This document shows, piece after piece, positions 37,491 through 48,376 of a DNA stretch of 64,000 nucleotides; positions within the stretch are counted from its first letter, which is position 1; the number at the start of each line of letters is the position of its first letter. Location of the stretch: positions 33,900,458 through 33,964,457 of the forward strand of contig NC_068995.1 in the NCBI RefSeq assembly GCF_001194135.2, in the 5' to 3' direction. Origin of the DNA: Octopus bimaculoides (lineage: Eukaryota). The notes below the pieces were generated by a model. The model did no database searches and was not told the DNA's origin. It was given only the letters and a program-made list of their open reading frames with translations. The translations under genes and the position numbers were made by a program.

Positions 37491-38559
37491 ATGTATCAGC
37501 TATATGAATATTATTATTCTTTCTTTTATTGTTTTAGTGGTTTCAGTCATAGGGCTTCTTGCGGCGATGCTGTAGCACCACCCTCGACAATTTCTTAGTT
37601 AATTATATCAAGCTCTAATTGTTCTTAGGTACTAATTTAATCGATCTTGTAAAAAAAAAATATACAAACTGAACATTTGTATAAGGGTAGATAATTCATC
37701 GGATAAAAACAGTCTCGTCTATTTTGAGTCAAACGAAATTTTTAAAGGCAATCCTATAGAATAGAGTCGGAAATTATCTAGAGCAACAAAAATCGCAATT
37801 TCTTGGAATGTGAGTTTTTTAAGCATCATAGATTATGATTCTGAAAAAGAAAAAGAAAAAAATTCATATTTATCCCCTCCCCTTTTCTATAATTTTTCCC
37901 TTTTCTGTAATTTTTCCCTTTTGACATTTTTCTAAATGTTTAATTTTCCCACCTCGGACTTACATCTTGTAAACATTGGAGATTACGATTGTGTAAAAAT
38001 GAATTTTCCCAAATTCAGTTATTTAGCGAAGTTTCGTTTCGATAATTTTTAATCATCTGATGTTTAAAACAAATGGATTTTTTAAAAAAGGTAAAAAAAA
38101 ATGAAAGTTACAGAACGAGAGAAAATGTAAGAAAAAAAAAAGGGTTAAAAAATGTAAAAATTTAAAATGTTTATATGGAGTATAATAATCTCAAATATTT
38201 AAATCTCGAATCTGAAACAATTTTTGAAAAAATATCAAAACTGAAAAAAATTACAGAAAGAAAGAAAGAAATGGGGTAACAACTTTGAAAAGTTTTATAT
38301 TCTATTTCATATTTTGCTTTCTATTACATTTAGTCTGGAGATTGTTAAATTTCTTCCAGCCAAACCTTCCCTAAACTGCACCATACGTCTAAAAAGCAAA
38401 AAGGACGAAACATTGTACTACAATCTCTATGGATATAATCTTTTATCGAACTCACGACCCTTAAAACCCTGAATCTCTTTGAGAACTATGTTAAGGGTAC
38501 ACGTTGCTGCAGTCCACTGATCTATAAATGAGTAACCTTGCAACGGATTGGCGTACAAG

Positions 38560-40090
38560 GGTGAGATGGTGACTCAGGAAAATCACCCGAACGGGGTCTC
38601 ACGGGCCACGTTTTGTATTCAGTGATTGAAAGGATGAATAGTACAAACCATACTGTGAGTTTCGACTGGTCGGGATTGGTTATTCAACTACGTCGAGGGA
38701 TGCAACGCAGATAAACGAGCTGTGGAAATACTAGTCTGACAAACGGCAACCATGCCTGTGGTCCGGACCCCACCCATGCCAGATTCCTTACCGACCCTCT
38801 CTGTGATGTATTACATGAGATGGAGACTATCGTAGATAGACCTATTTGGGATGGTGCATGCTTGCGCATAACCAATCAGACTGTCGACGGCAAGAACCAA
38901 CCCCTTCGCTAACACCTTAACCAATATTTTGAAATCTGCACTTATCCGAGTCAGATTATCTATTATCAATGTGTCCTTATTTGGCCTTTCGCAAGACTCT
39001 GATTTCATTAATGAGAGTCGCGGCTGGCCGTCTAGGTAACCACTGAAATCCATCTTACAATACAACCCTCTATTCGTCCGAAACAGTCGAGTGAAAAACA
39101 GCACATCTCTTGCTTAGAATCGAGTTGCATTCGCTCATCATGGTCTGCCAAAGACTGGATTGTGGCTTTGTAACCATGTTGCGCTACAGCTATTCGGGCC
39201 GCTCGAATGGCTTTCGTTCCTTTCTTCTCTTAGAGCACGCACCTTAGATCTGACAAAGTAGCCTTTGCGCTTTGTGATGAAAAATTAGTCGAGGATCAAT
39301 CTTTCCGTAAGTATGTTGGCTGCAATGCCTTCCTTTAGCGCTTCTTCTAAGTTTCTAATTAGGTCTCTCTCTCATCTATTTTTCTTTATAGCTAGCCCCT
39401 TACTTATCTTTATCAATTTGTTATCTAATTACTCTTTTGAGGGTGAGCCACCATTTATGTTGTTGATTTTCCCCGCCAAATCACTGAGCTAATTCGCTAA
39501 TCCGGTCTCTGTAAGCTTGGCGCGCCGGGATTGATGCTCTCAACTTCCAGTAACCAGGGTCATGCCTACTTAAGCATGTCAGACATTTGGCAATGTTTAA
39601 GTAGGCTTGCAAAGCTTTTGCACCACCCCTTTTTCTATCAGCTAGCCCTACACTGTCCCTGCATGCATCTGTCATTCCAACCTCTCACAAGTGGATCGCT
39701 CCCAGGAAATACTCTTGATGCCTGAAGAAATCTGGTCGCCCGATCCTTGTTGGGGGTGTAGACGATTTACAGTCTGAAGTCATTACTTTCGTTGCTGGTT
39801 ACGTCTAGAATCACCAACTTACCTTCTAGGTCCAACACGATGCTCTGTATCGTGAGAGACAAGCTTCTTCAAAACAACACATCACCTTCGCCTCCAAGTC
39901 CTGAACGATTTGAAGGTGTGTACGTTTCATATCCAACTAAAATGGTCGGAAGGGTTCATGGATCTGAAATTTTAATCTCACTGATGGTCACCACATTTAT
40001 ATCTAATGACTTGATGTCATTGAGTCGGGGCTCTGCTTCCAAGTCGACCTCAGGGCACGTGCATTTACACTGCCTATTCTGAGTAAGGAC
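38560..40090 (-). mobile_element. Degenerate Tx1/L1-clade non-LTR retrotransposon (APE endonuclease plus RT N-terminus, large internal deletions)
   Basis: Minus-strand LRIGSVNARAL...DIKSLDINVVTISE (endonuclease start) and DFKILVKVLAK.L.L.VDSLIGYAQ.C.IPNRSIYDSLHLM (RT domain 1-2 pattern of Tx1/L1); no YADD is visible. Confidence 0.78.
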
Positions 40091-43000
40091 ATTTCAGACA
40101 AGAAAGAAAAGGGGAAAACCTGTTTACATTATTTCTGCGGGAAGCACATTGTTCTGTCCCTATCGTCTCATGCAGGTGTTTCTTTGAATAAACTTTTGTT
40201 ATCATTTCCTCTAAAGTTTCCAGATCCGTCGGGATAATGGTTTTCTAAAAGGTCGTGATTCCAGTTTCCTGGACAGTTGTCATCACGGTTGTTTTGTCAT
40301 TGTCATTTCATTTGTACATTGCATGCATATATCACACGAGTGTACATTTCATTTCTTTCATTTTTCTTTGTGTGTGTTTTGTGCTACATCTTGTGGGTGG
40401 TTTTCAGTGGCCATTCTGCCTCAGGCGTTCTAACAGATTTCATATTATCGTGCGTTTTCGCACTGGCAAGGGAGCCCTGTAATAACGCCGTGCGCATGCG
40501 TGGAATTAAACAAGCAAGCGTTCCCGCTTCTATTCTATCTCTTTCTTGCTGGCCAGCAATAGAGCATGGACGTGTTTAGTTGTCACTCTCCATCTTTCGG
40601 ACTTACGCTCGACAGCTCGCTTACATCTGCATAACAACGTCCCAACAACTATGCTCACACACACAGAAGCTGTAACAACAAGAGCTAAAGATGTATATAT
40701 TTACCACCTGAATAAATGTTGTTTAAGTTGATAGTCTGGAGTTCAGCGTTCCGTTTAATTCATAATTTTATATAGGAAAGTCAGGTATACATCTAATGAT
40801 GTATAACCAACTTTCCTATATTGGTTTAGTGTGGGTTGAGTTGTGCTGGTGTTTGTGCCTGTATCGGTGGTGTTGGCATTGGTGATGATGATGGAGTTGG
40901 TAATGTAGCGAAGCCTTAAATCAAAACCTTACAGCTTTAGTAACTAGCATCAGGCAACACTTAGATCAGGTGACATACCCTGAATATTAGTCAATCAGCT
41001 TGCTGAAATATCGCTCTATATTATAGAATGTTCTATCATGTCCCAGATGTTTCCACATAACTGAGGGTTTATAAAAACTAAAGCATGCCAGAATCAGTGC
41101 AGAGGGTAAGCGAAGGTTCCAGGGAATAGAGACGAACATAGAATTCTTGGTCTCTGATCGACTTGTATTTAAAAGAATCTTTTCGTCATCACTCCACATT
41201 TCAAAGCACGTACCATGAATACAGTATACTCATATTTCACCACACAAATAAGTAACCAGCCAGTTCTTTGTACGAAACAAACCAGAAGCGTACATTGAAT
41301 GTCACAGACAAGCACTTTCAACAGACAGCATTTCTTGGTTGCAACTCAAATTAAAGGAATCTTCGACTATGACGAACAATGAATTTTTTTCGCTTCTCGC
41401 GCGATGCTAACCTTTTCTGTCGTTTATGTAACTTTGAATTGCATTTGCTTCTAGCATACCACAATGCACTACTGACAAGTCACTGTAATTATGTAAATAT
41501 TGCGAGCTATTTCTTTAAAAACAGACGTTAATGAAACAACTTTCGAAGTTTGTTTTATTATGGGACAGTACGCAGTTAATTAATTAAGACCCATCTAACG
41601 AAGCCCGATGACAAAATTGTTGTTGCTTGAGGTGGCTTAGAGTTTAAGTTTTTAGAAGGGCTTTTTTTTCTGTCCGTTTAAATTTCTCAGATATTTTCGT
41701 TGGCATGTTTTTTCTCTTTTTCGTTGTGATTACTTTTTTTTCCTTTTATTATTTACAACGGAGCAATTGGTAGATGAAATGGATGCAATGGAGGTACATG
41801 CATGATTCTCTAGGCCTCTTCAGAGATTTACAAAGTTCAGTTCAGTTCATGAAGTTTACAAAATTCAAATATAAATATAAAAATATAAAAGCATGTAATA
41901 CATACATACATACATAATATATTATTTTCTTCATTTTGTACTTCTTTGTAAAAAACATTTTCATTCTCTCTCTTCTTGAAAATTTGCTTCGCAATGAAAG
42001 CCGGTTAGAGAAATCTTTATTAAAATATGCTTCCAGTTTAGCATTCTGCCTTACTATTATTTTTCATTTTCCTATTATTTCTCCACGTGCGGTTAATACA
42101 ACCCCAATATNNNNNNNNNNATAAGAGGAATGACCAGCAAAAGTGGACTCCTATATGCTAGAAATAGATGCCGAATCATCTAACCACGAAAAATATGTTC
42201 TCAGTAAAAATTAGCGACACAACAGACTGTAAAAGGGCAAGACAAATGAAAAAATACTAAATTAAAAAAAACGATTAACCTACGTACCATGGTTTCACCT
42301 GTTAAAATTTACATAGGTAAATATCTGCAGGCTCATCAGCGTAGTCTGTCGATTTATAAAATATAATTTCCAGAACTAGAATTTAAGTTTTGAAATTTTT
42401 TCTTCTTTGGTAATTCGTATTAAAATTTTGAAAACGTGTTCCTAGCATGTCAGAAAGGGGGTGCGGTCCATGACATTTTTTTGAAGGGTGTCTTACATTA
42501 ACCTCGGACTGACCAAAGCCTTGTGAGTGGATTTGGTAGACAGAAACTGAAAGAAGCCCATCGCATACATGTCGGCGTATATATCTGTGTCTGTCCCCTA
42601 CCAGCATTTGACAACCGGTGCGGGTTTGTTTACGTCCCGTAACTTAGTGGTTCGGTAAGAACACCGTCAAAGTAAGTATCAGATCGAAAGAAAGAAAAAC
42701 AAATTCCTTGTTCTACCTAACCCTTCAAGGCGGTGCCTCAGCATGACCGAAGTCTAGTGATTGAAACATGTAAACGATAAAATAATTAACTGAAAATGAA
42801 TGACTTGTACTCATGTGGAGAAAGAAAAACATGTTTTATTCCATAAGTTCCCTTTTATTGCAGTTTCTTTTCCTTTCCCGGATAAATATGTTGCGTGCCT
42901 TATGTCTCATGGGAAAATGTAGTTTGATTCTCCATGTAAACCAGATTCAATTTTGACTCACATTTTACTTCTATTACATGTTCCACCCAGTCTCATCATT

Positions 43001-43148
43001 CATTTCCCATAAACCTGAAATTATTTATCAATTTAAGATAACAATGAAAAGTTATTTTGGGTGCAGCAATATGGCTTCCAAATCCAGCACAAAACGATCT
43101 AGGTGTAAATGAATATCTATGAACATTTTTTTTAGTTAATATAGGTAG

Positions 43149-43158
43149 GTCACGTGAC
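43149..43158. promoter_or_regulatory. Perfect palindromic E-box GTCACGTGAC (CLEAR/USF/MiT-TFE type) 23 bp upstream of the RIC-3 ATG
   Basis: The sequence ggtaggtcacgtgacaggc is seen directly; function is inferred from position only. Confidence 0.45.
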
Positions 43159-43180
43159 AGGCACATTCTCGGCAGCCAAC

Positions 43181-43316
43181 ATGTCGACGATAAAAGTAAT
43201 TGGTGTGTTTTCCATTATATTTGGATGTTTTGCGATGCTTTATCCTCGTTTTCTCCATCCGATTGTTTTGAAAACGTTTGGAATGACACAGAAGTCGCTG
43301 GAAAATGATATTTTGT
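43181..43316 (+). CDS. RIC3: First coding exon of a RIC-3-like acetylcholine-receptor chaperone (MSTIKVIGVFSIIFGCFAMLYPRFLHPIVLKTFGMTQKSLENDIL; 5' partial, later exons not found)
   Basis: Good start context gccaacATG; 45 open codons then T|GTGAGT donor. The hydrophobic N-terminal segment CFAMLYP..LHP matches my recollection of nematode RIC-3 TM1 (VICFAMLYPTMLHPM) and insect GCFA.LWP..FYP. It sits in CpG-retaining, promoter-like DNA. Confidence 0.8.
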
Positions 43317-45333
43317 GTGAGTAATTTTTTCATTAAATGGGATGTTTTACATTTTCTTTCCACCGAATGTTCTCATTCATGGCTAGGAAATTCGTTGTAC
43401 ATATTGTAACGAAGTGTTATGTTGCTTAAAATACTCAGCTTTCGGTAATTTTCATTTATCATGATTGTTTTTGTAACTGATGTTATTATCCCCGTCGAAC
43501 CTAACGTCATTCACTGGCAGTGTGCGCTATTATAGATTTTGTTTTGTTATTCTAAACGTGTACACGTTCACGCTACTTTCTCTTTTATGTTGACATTTTC
43601 GATATCTCTCTATTCCCTCACATCCAAGCAACAAAATTATGTAGATTTTGGCTTCTTTTCTTAACAAAAAGAAAAACATTTAATACTCGATTGAAAAAGT
43701 TAAATCTGAAATACCGATTTTCAATAAAAATGCTTCCTTTTCAAATCACACACATATACACACATACATACACGTGTACATGTGTATTTAGTAAACTCCA
43801 TCTACAAAAAGTAGTAAGGTGAGTGTTAATATGCTTATTGCAACAAATCAAGAAATTTGAATGAAAATTTCTTAGCTTACTACATTAGCATCCACTCTAC
43901 TACTCGTTTTATTTTATTTTAATTGTTTTATGCAGCAGACGTCTCTGTGTTCGATTCCCTCTAGTTTTTCCATCTCAAAAATTTTCTACAAATTGACATC
44001 TGTGAACCAGCTGTAAAGATAGAACTTCGTTAAATGTTGCAGCTTTACCAGTCATTTATTTTTTCTTACATGCTACTCCGTATTTACTTCGGAAACTTCA
44101 ATTCATATTATTATTATTCTTTTACTAGTTTCGGTACAATGAACAAAACCAGTACAACCATTACTCTAGCCATGCCGGTGTACCACCTTCAAGAGTTTAT
44201 AGAAACCAGGTGGGGAATCTTTATTGGCAGGTTGCTTTGAAAATTAACTGCCACCTGTCAAGGCCACATATTAAAAGAATTTTTTTAATACTGCTAAATC
44301 TATTATTTTATAAAATATAAATTTACATTCTTATAGCAAACTATAAAAAAGGCGGATTTTTAGAATAAGTACGCCTACTGTAACTTTCGAAAATTCTTTA
44401 TATTTCCATGTTTTAAACACAATGGTAATTATACCAGTAATTATAAGTTTAAAAAAACCCACACACACCATAAATTAGGTGTTTTATAATTAGTTGAAAA
44501 GATAAGCTTTAAATAAAATAAAATAAACAAAAATATATTCAAGTATAATGATTGTTCCCAGTACTTATTTAGGTCTGGTACTTATTTTATCGAGGCGATT
44601 AAGTATGCTAAATGCGGTTAGGGGACTTTACACTAGAAAAATGTATTTATGGAGCTAGCAAAGAAACTCATTAAAGACAAGTTTGTGATGAGGTTTAGGG
44701 GAGATGCGCATCAATTGTCAGTTCGACACCGTCCCAACCAGATGCATAACTATTCTCGTCGTCACTAGAATTTCTGAACTCCAAGATTACCTTTGATAGA
44801 TATTCCTTTGTCGATCCGCTAAGTTGCGAGATATAATGAGAGGCACAACTACCGTTTAGTGCCTCTCCCACCCACTTTATTCCTTGTAATAATACTTTTT
44901 TTTTAATGTAATTTTGCTACTTCTTCGATGATGTAGATTACAATTATGGCAACGGTTGTTTTTCTATCTGAAAGAAATGAAGTCCATAACATTTTAATCA
45001 TTTAATCAATAGCTTCTTGGTGATCATTGCACAGCAATGATTGATGTCAGATAAAGAGGAGCAGGATAACATTACAAGATGTGACACAGAATAATTTCGA
45101 TCTCTATTGTAGAGTCAGCTAGTTCGTAAATGCTTTCATTAACAGATACTTTCAATTTATTTAGTGATAAAGATTAAACGTCAAACCGGAGATTTTTCCT
45201 TTGTGCCTTCCAATTTTATGTCGATAATGAATAATATTAATCAATATAATGTTACGGATTTTTTTTTTATTGAGCGACAACTATGAACAAATTATTGAAT
45301 GGTATTAAAAAAGTATGAACTTCTTTCTGAATG

Positions 45334-45378
<45 letters not shown>

Positions 45379-45671
45379 ACCGTAAGGATATTTAGACCTC
45401 TTATAGGGATATTGTTATGCAAGATACATTAGTTTAATATATTGTATTTTGAAGAGATATTTCTTCAATGAATATATTATATAAAAAATCATAAAATATT
45501 AAATATTATTAAGTTTGAAAACGGAGAGATCTAATGGATACAAGTCAGGTTATATATTTATATATGTTTTGTAGTTTTAATTTTGGTTGTGAAATGAAAC
45601 AATTGTAGGTGAATATGTTAGTTAATAAATTAATCTGTATCCATATGATCTTTCTGTTTTCAAACTTAATA

Positions 45672-45717
<46 letters not shown>

Positions 45718-46324
45718 TACACTTGTATTAAAGCTGTTAACATTTTTACAAACTTTGTGAAGATTTTTGCAGCTTTAATAAAAGCATATTACTCTACCTT
45801 CGGTATTCAAGTACTATTTTTTTCCACCTTGTTTTGCATGTATAATCACCTTGTGCGTGTAGGCACCACCATTGAGGATTCCAATGTTATTACATGCTTG
45901 CCAGCCATTACTGACTGTGTGAGACCCAGGCAAAATCCACCTTTGTATCAGCTCAGTTAAAGTTTCTTCTGTGCGGTCAGGTACTTTGACCAAGAAACAT
46001 TTTCTTCAGACTCCCTCTATGCCACTGAATATCCAATGTCCTTTTGCTTCTTTTACTACTTATCTCCCTTTTAATTATTATTTACTTTTTTCATATAAAC
46101 AAACTGAACAATTACTGTATATGTTTGTGTGCCTGTGTTTGTCCCCCCACCATCGCTTGACAACCAATATTGGTGTGTTTACGTTCCCGTAAACTAGCGA
46201 TTCGTCAAAAGACCCGATAGAATAAGTACTAGCTTTACAAAGAATAAGTCCTGGGCTCGATCTGTTCAGTTAAAGGTGGTGCTCCAGTATGGCTGCAGTC
46301 AAATGGCTTAAATAAATAAAAGAA

Positions 46325-46461
46325 TATATATGTATGTACATATATATGTATATGTATGTATATATATATATGTATATATATAATATATGTATGTATGTAT
46401 ATGCATCTATGTGTATGTATGTATGTATGTATATGTGTATGTATGTATACATATGTATATA

Positions 46462-46522
<61 letters not shown>

Positions 46523-46575
46523 TATATACATACTTATATGTACATACTTGCATCTATACATATATATAAATATAT
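46325..46575. repeat. Long compound (TA)n/(TATG)n microsatellite
   Basis: Seen directly. Other microsatellites lie at 8695-8750, 10730-10782, 12922-12962, 45325-45376, 45675-45720, 58800-58858 and 63165-63260. Confidence 0.95.
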
Positions 46576-47639
46576 ATGCATATGTGGGCACAGGATGTCA
46601 GGAAATGTGTACAACAAAAAAATACGAAGTACGAGTACATGGAATATGAACTATTTTTTTGAACAATGGAAAACAAGACAACATAATGAACGACCCTTCA
46701 TCAGTTGTTGGCTGTTTTTTCTACTCTCATATTTTGTGCATTTAACAGCAATATACACTTTCAATAAAACAGTTGCTCCTGCAAAGCAAATTAAATAAAA
46801 TTTGGGATTTTGCGGAGGGTCAAATTTGGTAACACAAACAAGACAGTGAAAACAAATAGGAAAGGCTGCTATGCTTAAACTAGGGTGGTGGCGAATGCGT
46901 AAATCAAGCTTGGACAGGAGACAGACAAGAACACGTCTTTCTTGTTCCAGCTACAACGGAGAGAAAGAAAGAAACACAAGTTAGGAGAAGAAAGAAAGAT
47001 GCCTTCTCCCATCCTTTTTAAGTGCTTACTACAAAAAATAAAATTGGCCAAATTAGTCCGGATGGAAGTAAAGAGAAGGGAGGGAGTTGAGAAAAAGTTA
47101 GACCGTGGTGAAAAAGAAATTTGAAAAATCACTGTCAAAATGGAGATTTCTGATCCAAAAATCTGCCATTATTCAAATTAGTCATTACTCATTTTGCCCC
47201 AATTTAGACATAATGTTTTGAAAATGGAAAATGATCAAATTAGACATTTGTTTGGGAAAAAATTGACATGGAATCCAACAGAGGAAAGAATATTAATTGT
47301 TGAATGCCAAAATATATCCAGATATTTGATTTGCAACCTCAATTATAATAGAGTTGAAGTTGAGGAAAATTTCTTGAAAGAAAAGTACCTGTCACCTGTC
47401 AACTTCAACAACAACTATCATCATCATCATCATCATCATCTATGTTAACCAATTTTTACTCCTAAAGATGATGCAACAGAATAAATGATTCAATACTTGC
47501 AATATAATAGTTTCAAACAGGTAGGGAGAAAATAACAAGAAATCAAAAATTACTTATTCTGTCCCACTCCCTATAGTAATTTGAAATGTTTGACGAATTG
47601 GAATAGTACAAAATGATGAAAAGTATAGACAAAAGAAAG

Positions 47640-48010
47640 CAGAGGGTTATTGTTTTCAGAGACGTATCTGGGTGTGGGTGGTTTATCTGGTATTTGTTGG
47701 GGGTAATCATCTAGGGATCGTTTGAATGCCGTGAAGTCACTTTCCTCCTTTATGTGTGTTTGGCATGATGTTGAAGAGAGCAGGGCCAATTGAGGTGAAA
47801 TAGTTCTGTCATAGTGTTGTGATATGGCATGAACACTTCTGTAGTGGACGGATGGTAGGGGGCCAAGTCTCTGACAAATTTTAAAGATGGGCAATGTTGA
47901 TGGAATATTTTCCATATCATACAGATGATATAGAGCTCACAACAGCGGTGGAGGGAGAAAAGCCTGAGCTTTTTGAGTCGATCCCAATAGTCAAGGCTTG
48001 TCATGTCATC
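47640..48010 (-). mobile_element. 3' end of a CR1/L2-group LINE
   Basis: Minus-strand LDYWDRLKKLRLFSL.R...YIICMIWKI and FTSIGPALFNIMP, typical ORF2 C-terminal motifs. Confidence 0.7.
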
Positions 48011-48194
48011 CTCCGCAGACCTCCGCCAAGCAACTCATTTTAAGATAGATACGCGAGTAAAATTACTAATAGAGAAATGAGAATAAACTTTGGAAACAGC
48101 AACGCCACCGTAGGTTATGTGGAAACGATGAACGTGTTTTCAGGGGAGATAATCAAAGAATGTACCATTATAATACTTCATGTAAAGTAAATAT

Positions 48195-48376
48195 AACAAC
48201 TGAAAAATCCTTCAAGAATCCATAAAAATTCCCAGATCACTACCAAAATTTTATTATCTGTTCCTTGTGTCATTACCAACTTTTCCTGCAAGTTTCATCA
48301 AATATCGTTCACAACTTTTTGAGTTATTTTGCACACAGACGGACAAACTAACGCCAATGAAAACATAACCTCCTTT
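48195..48376 (+). mobile_element. Remnant of a non-autonomous DNA element ending ...cagacggacaaac...gaaaacataacctcctt
   Basis: Resembles short repeats I recall from aquatic animal genomes (caagtttcatcaaa...gagttattttgcacacagac); terminus truncated; superfamily uncertain. Confidence 0.4.

Noticed and set aside
37860-38270. Possible foldback element (ttttctgtaattttt / aaaaattacagaaa)
   Set aside because: The complementarity is short and low-complexity; no clear TIR or TSD.
44838-44867. 9-bp stem hairpin gagaggcac...gtgcctctc (possible Helitron end or terminator)
   Set aside because: No CTRR terminus in the expected place, and it adjoins a decayed SINE fragment; a single short stem is not diagnostic.
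46235-46591. Tyr/Ile/His-rich ORFs here and at 63042-63348 and 60266-60604
   Set aside because: They are translations of microsatellites.
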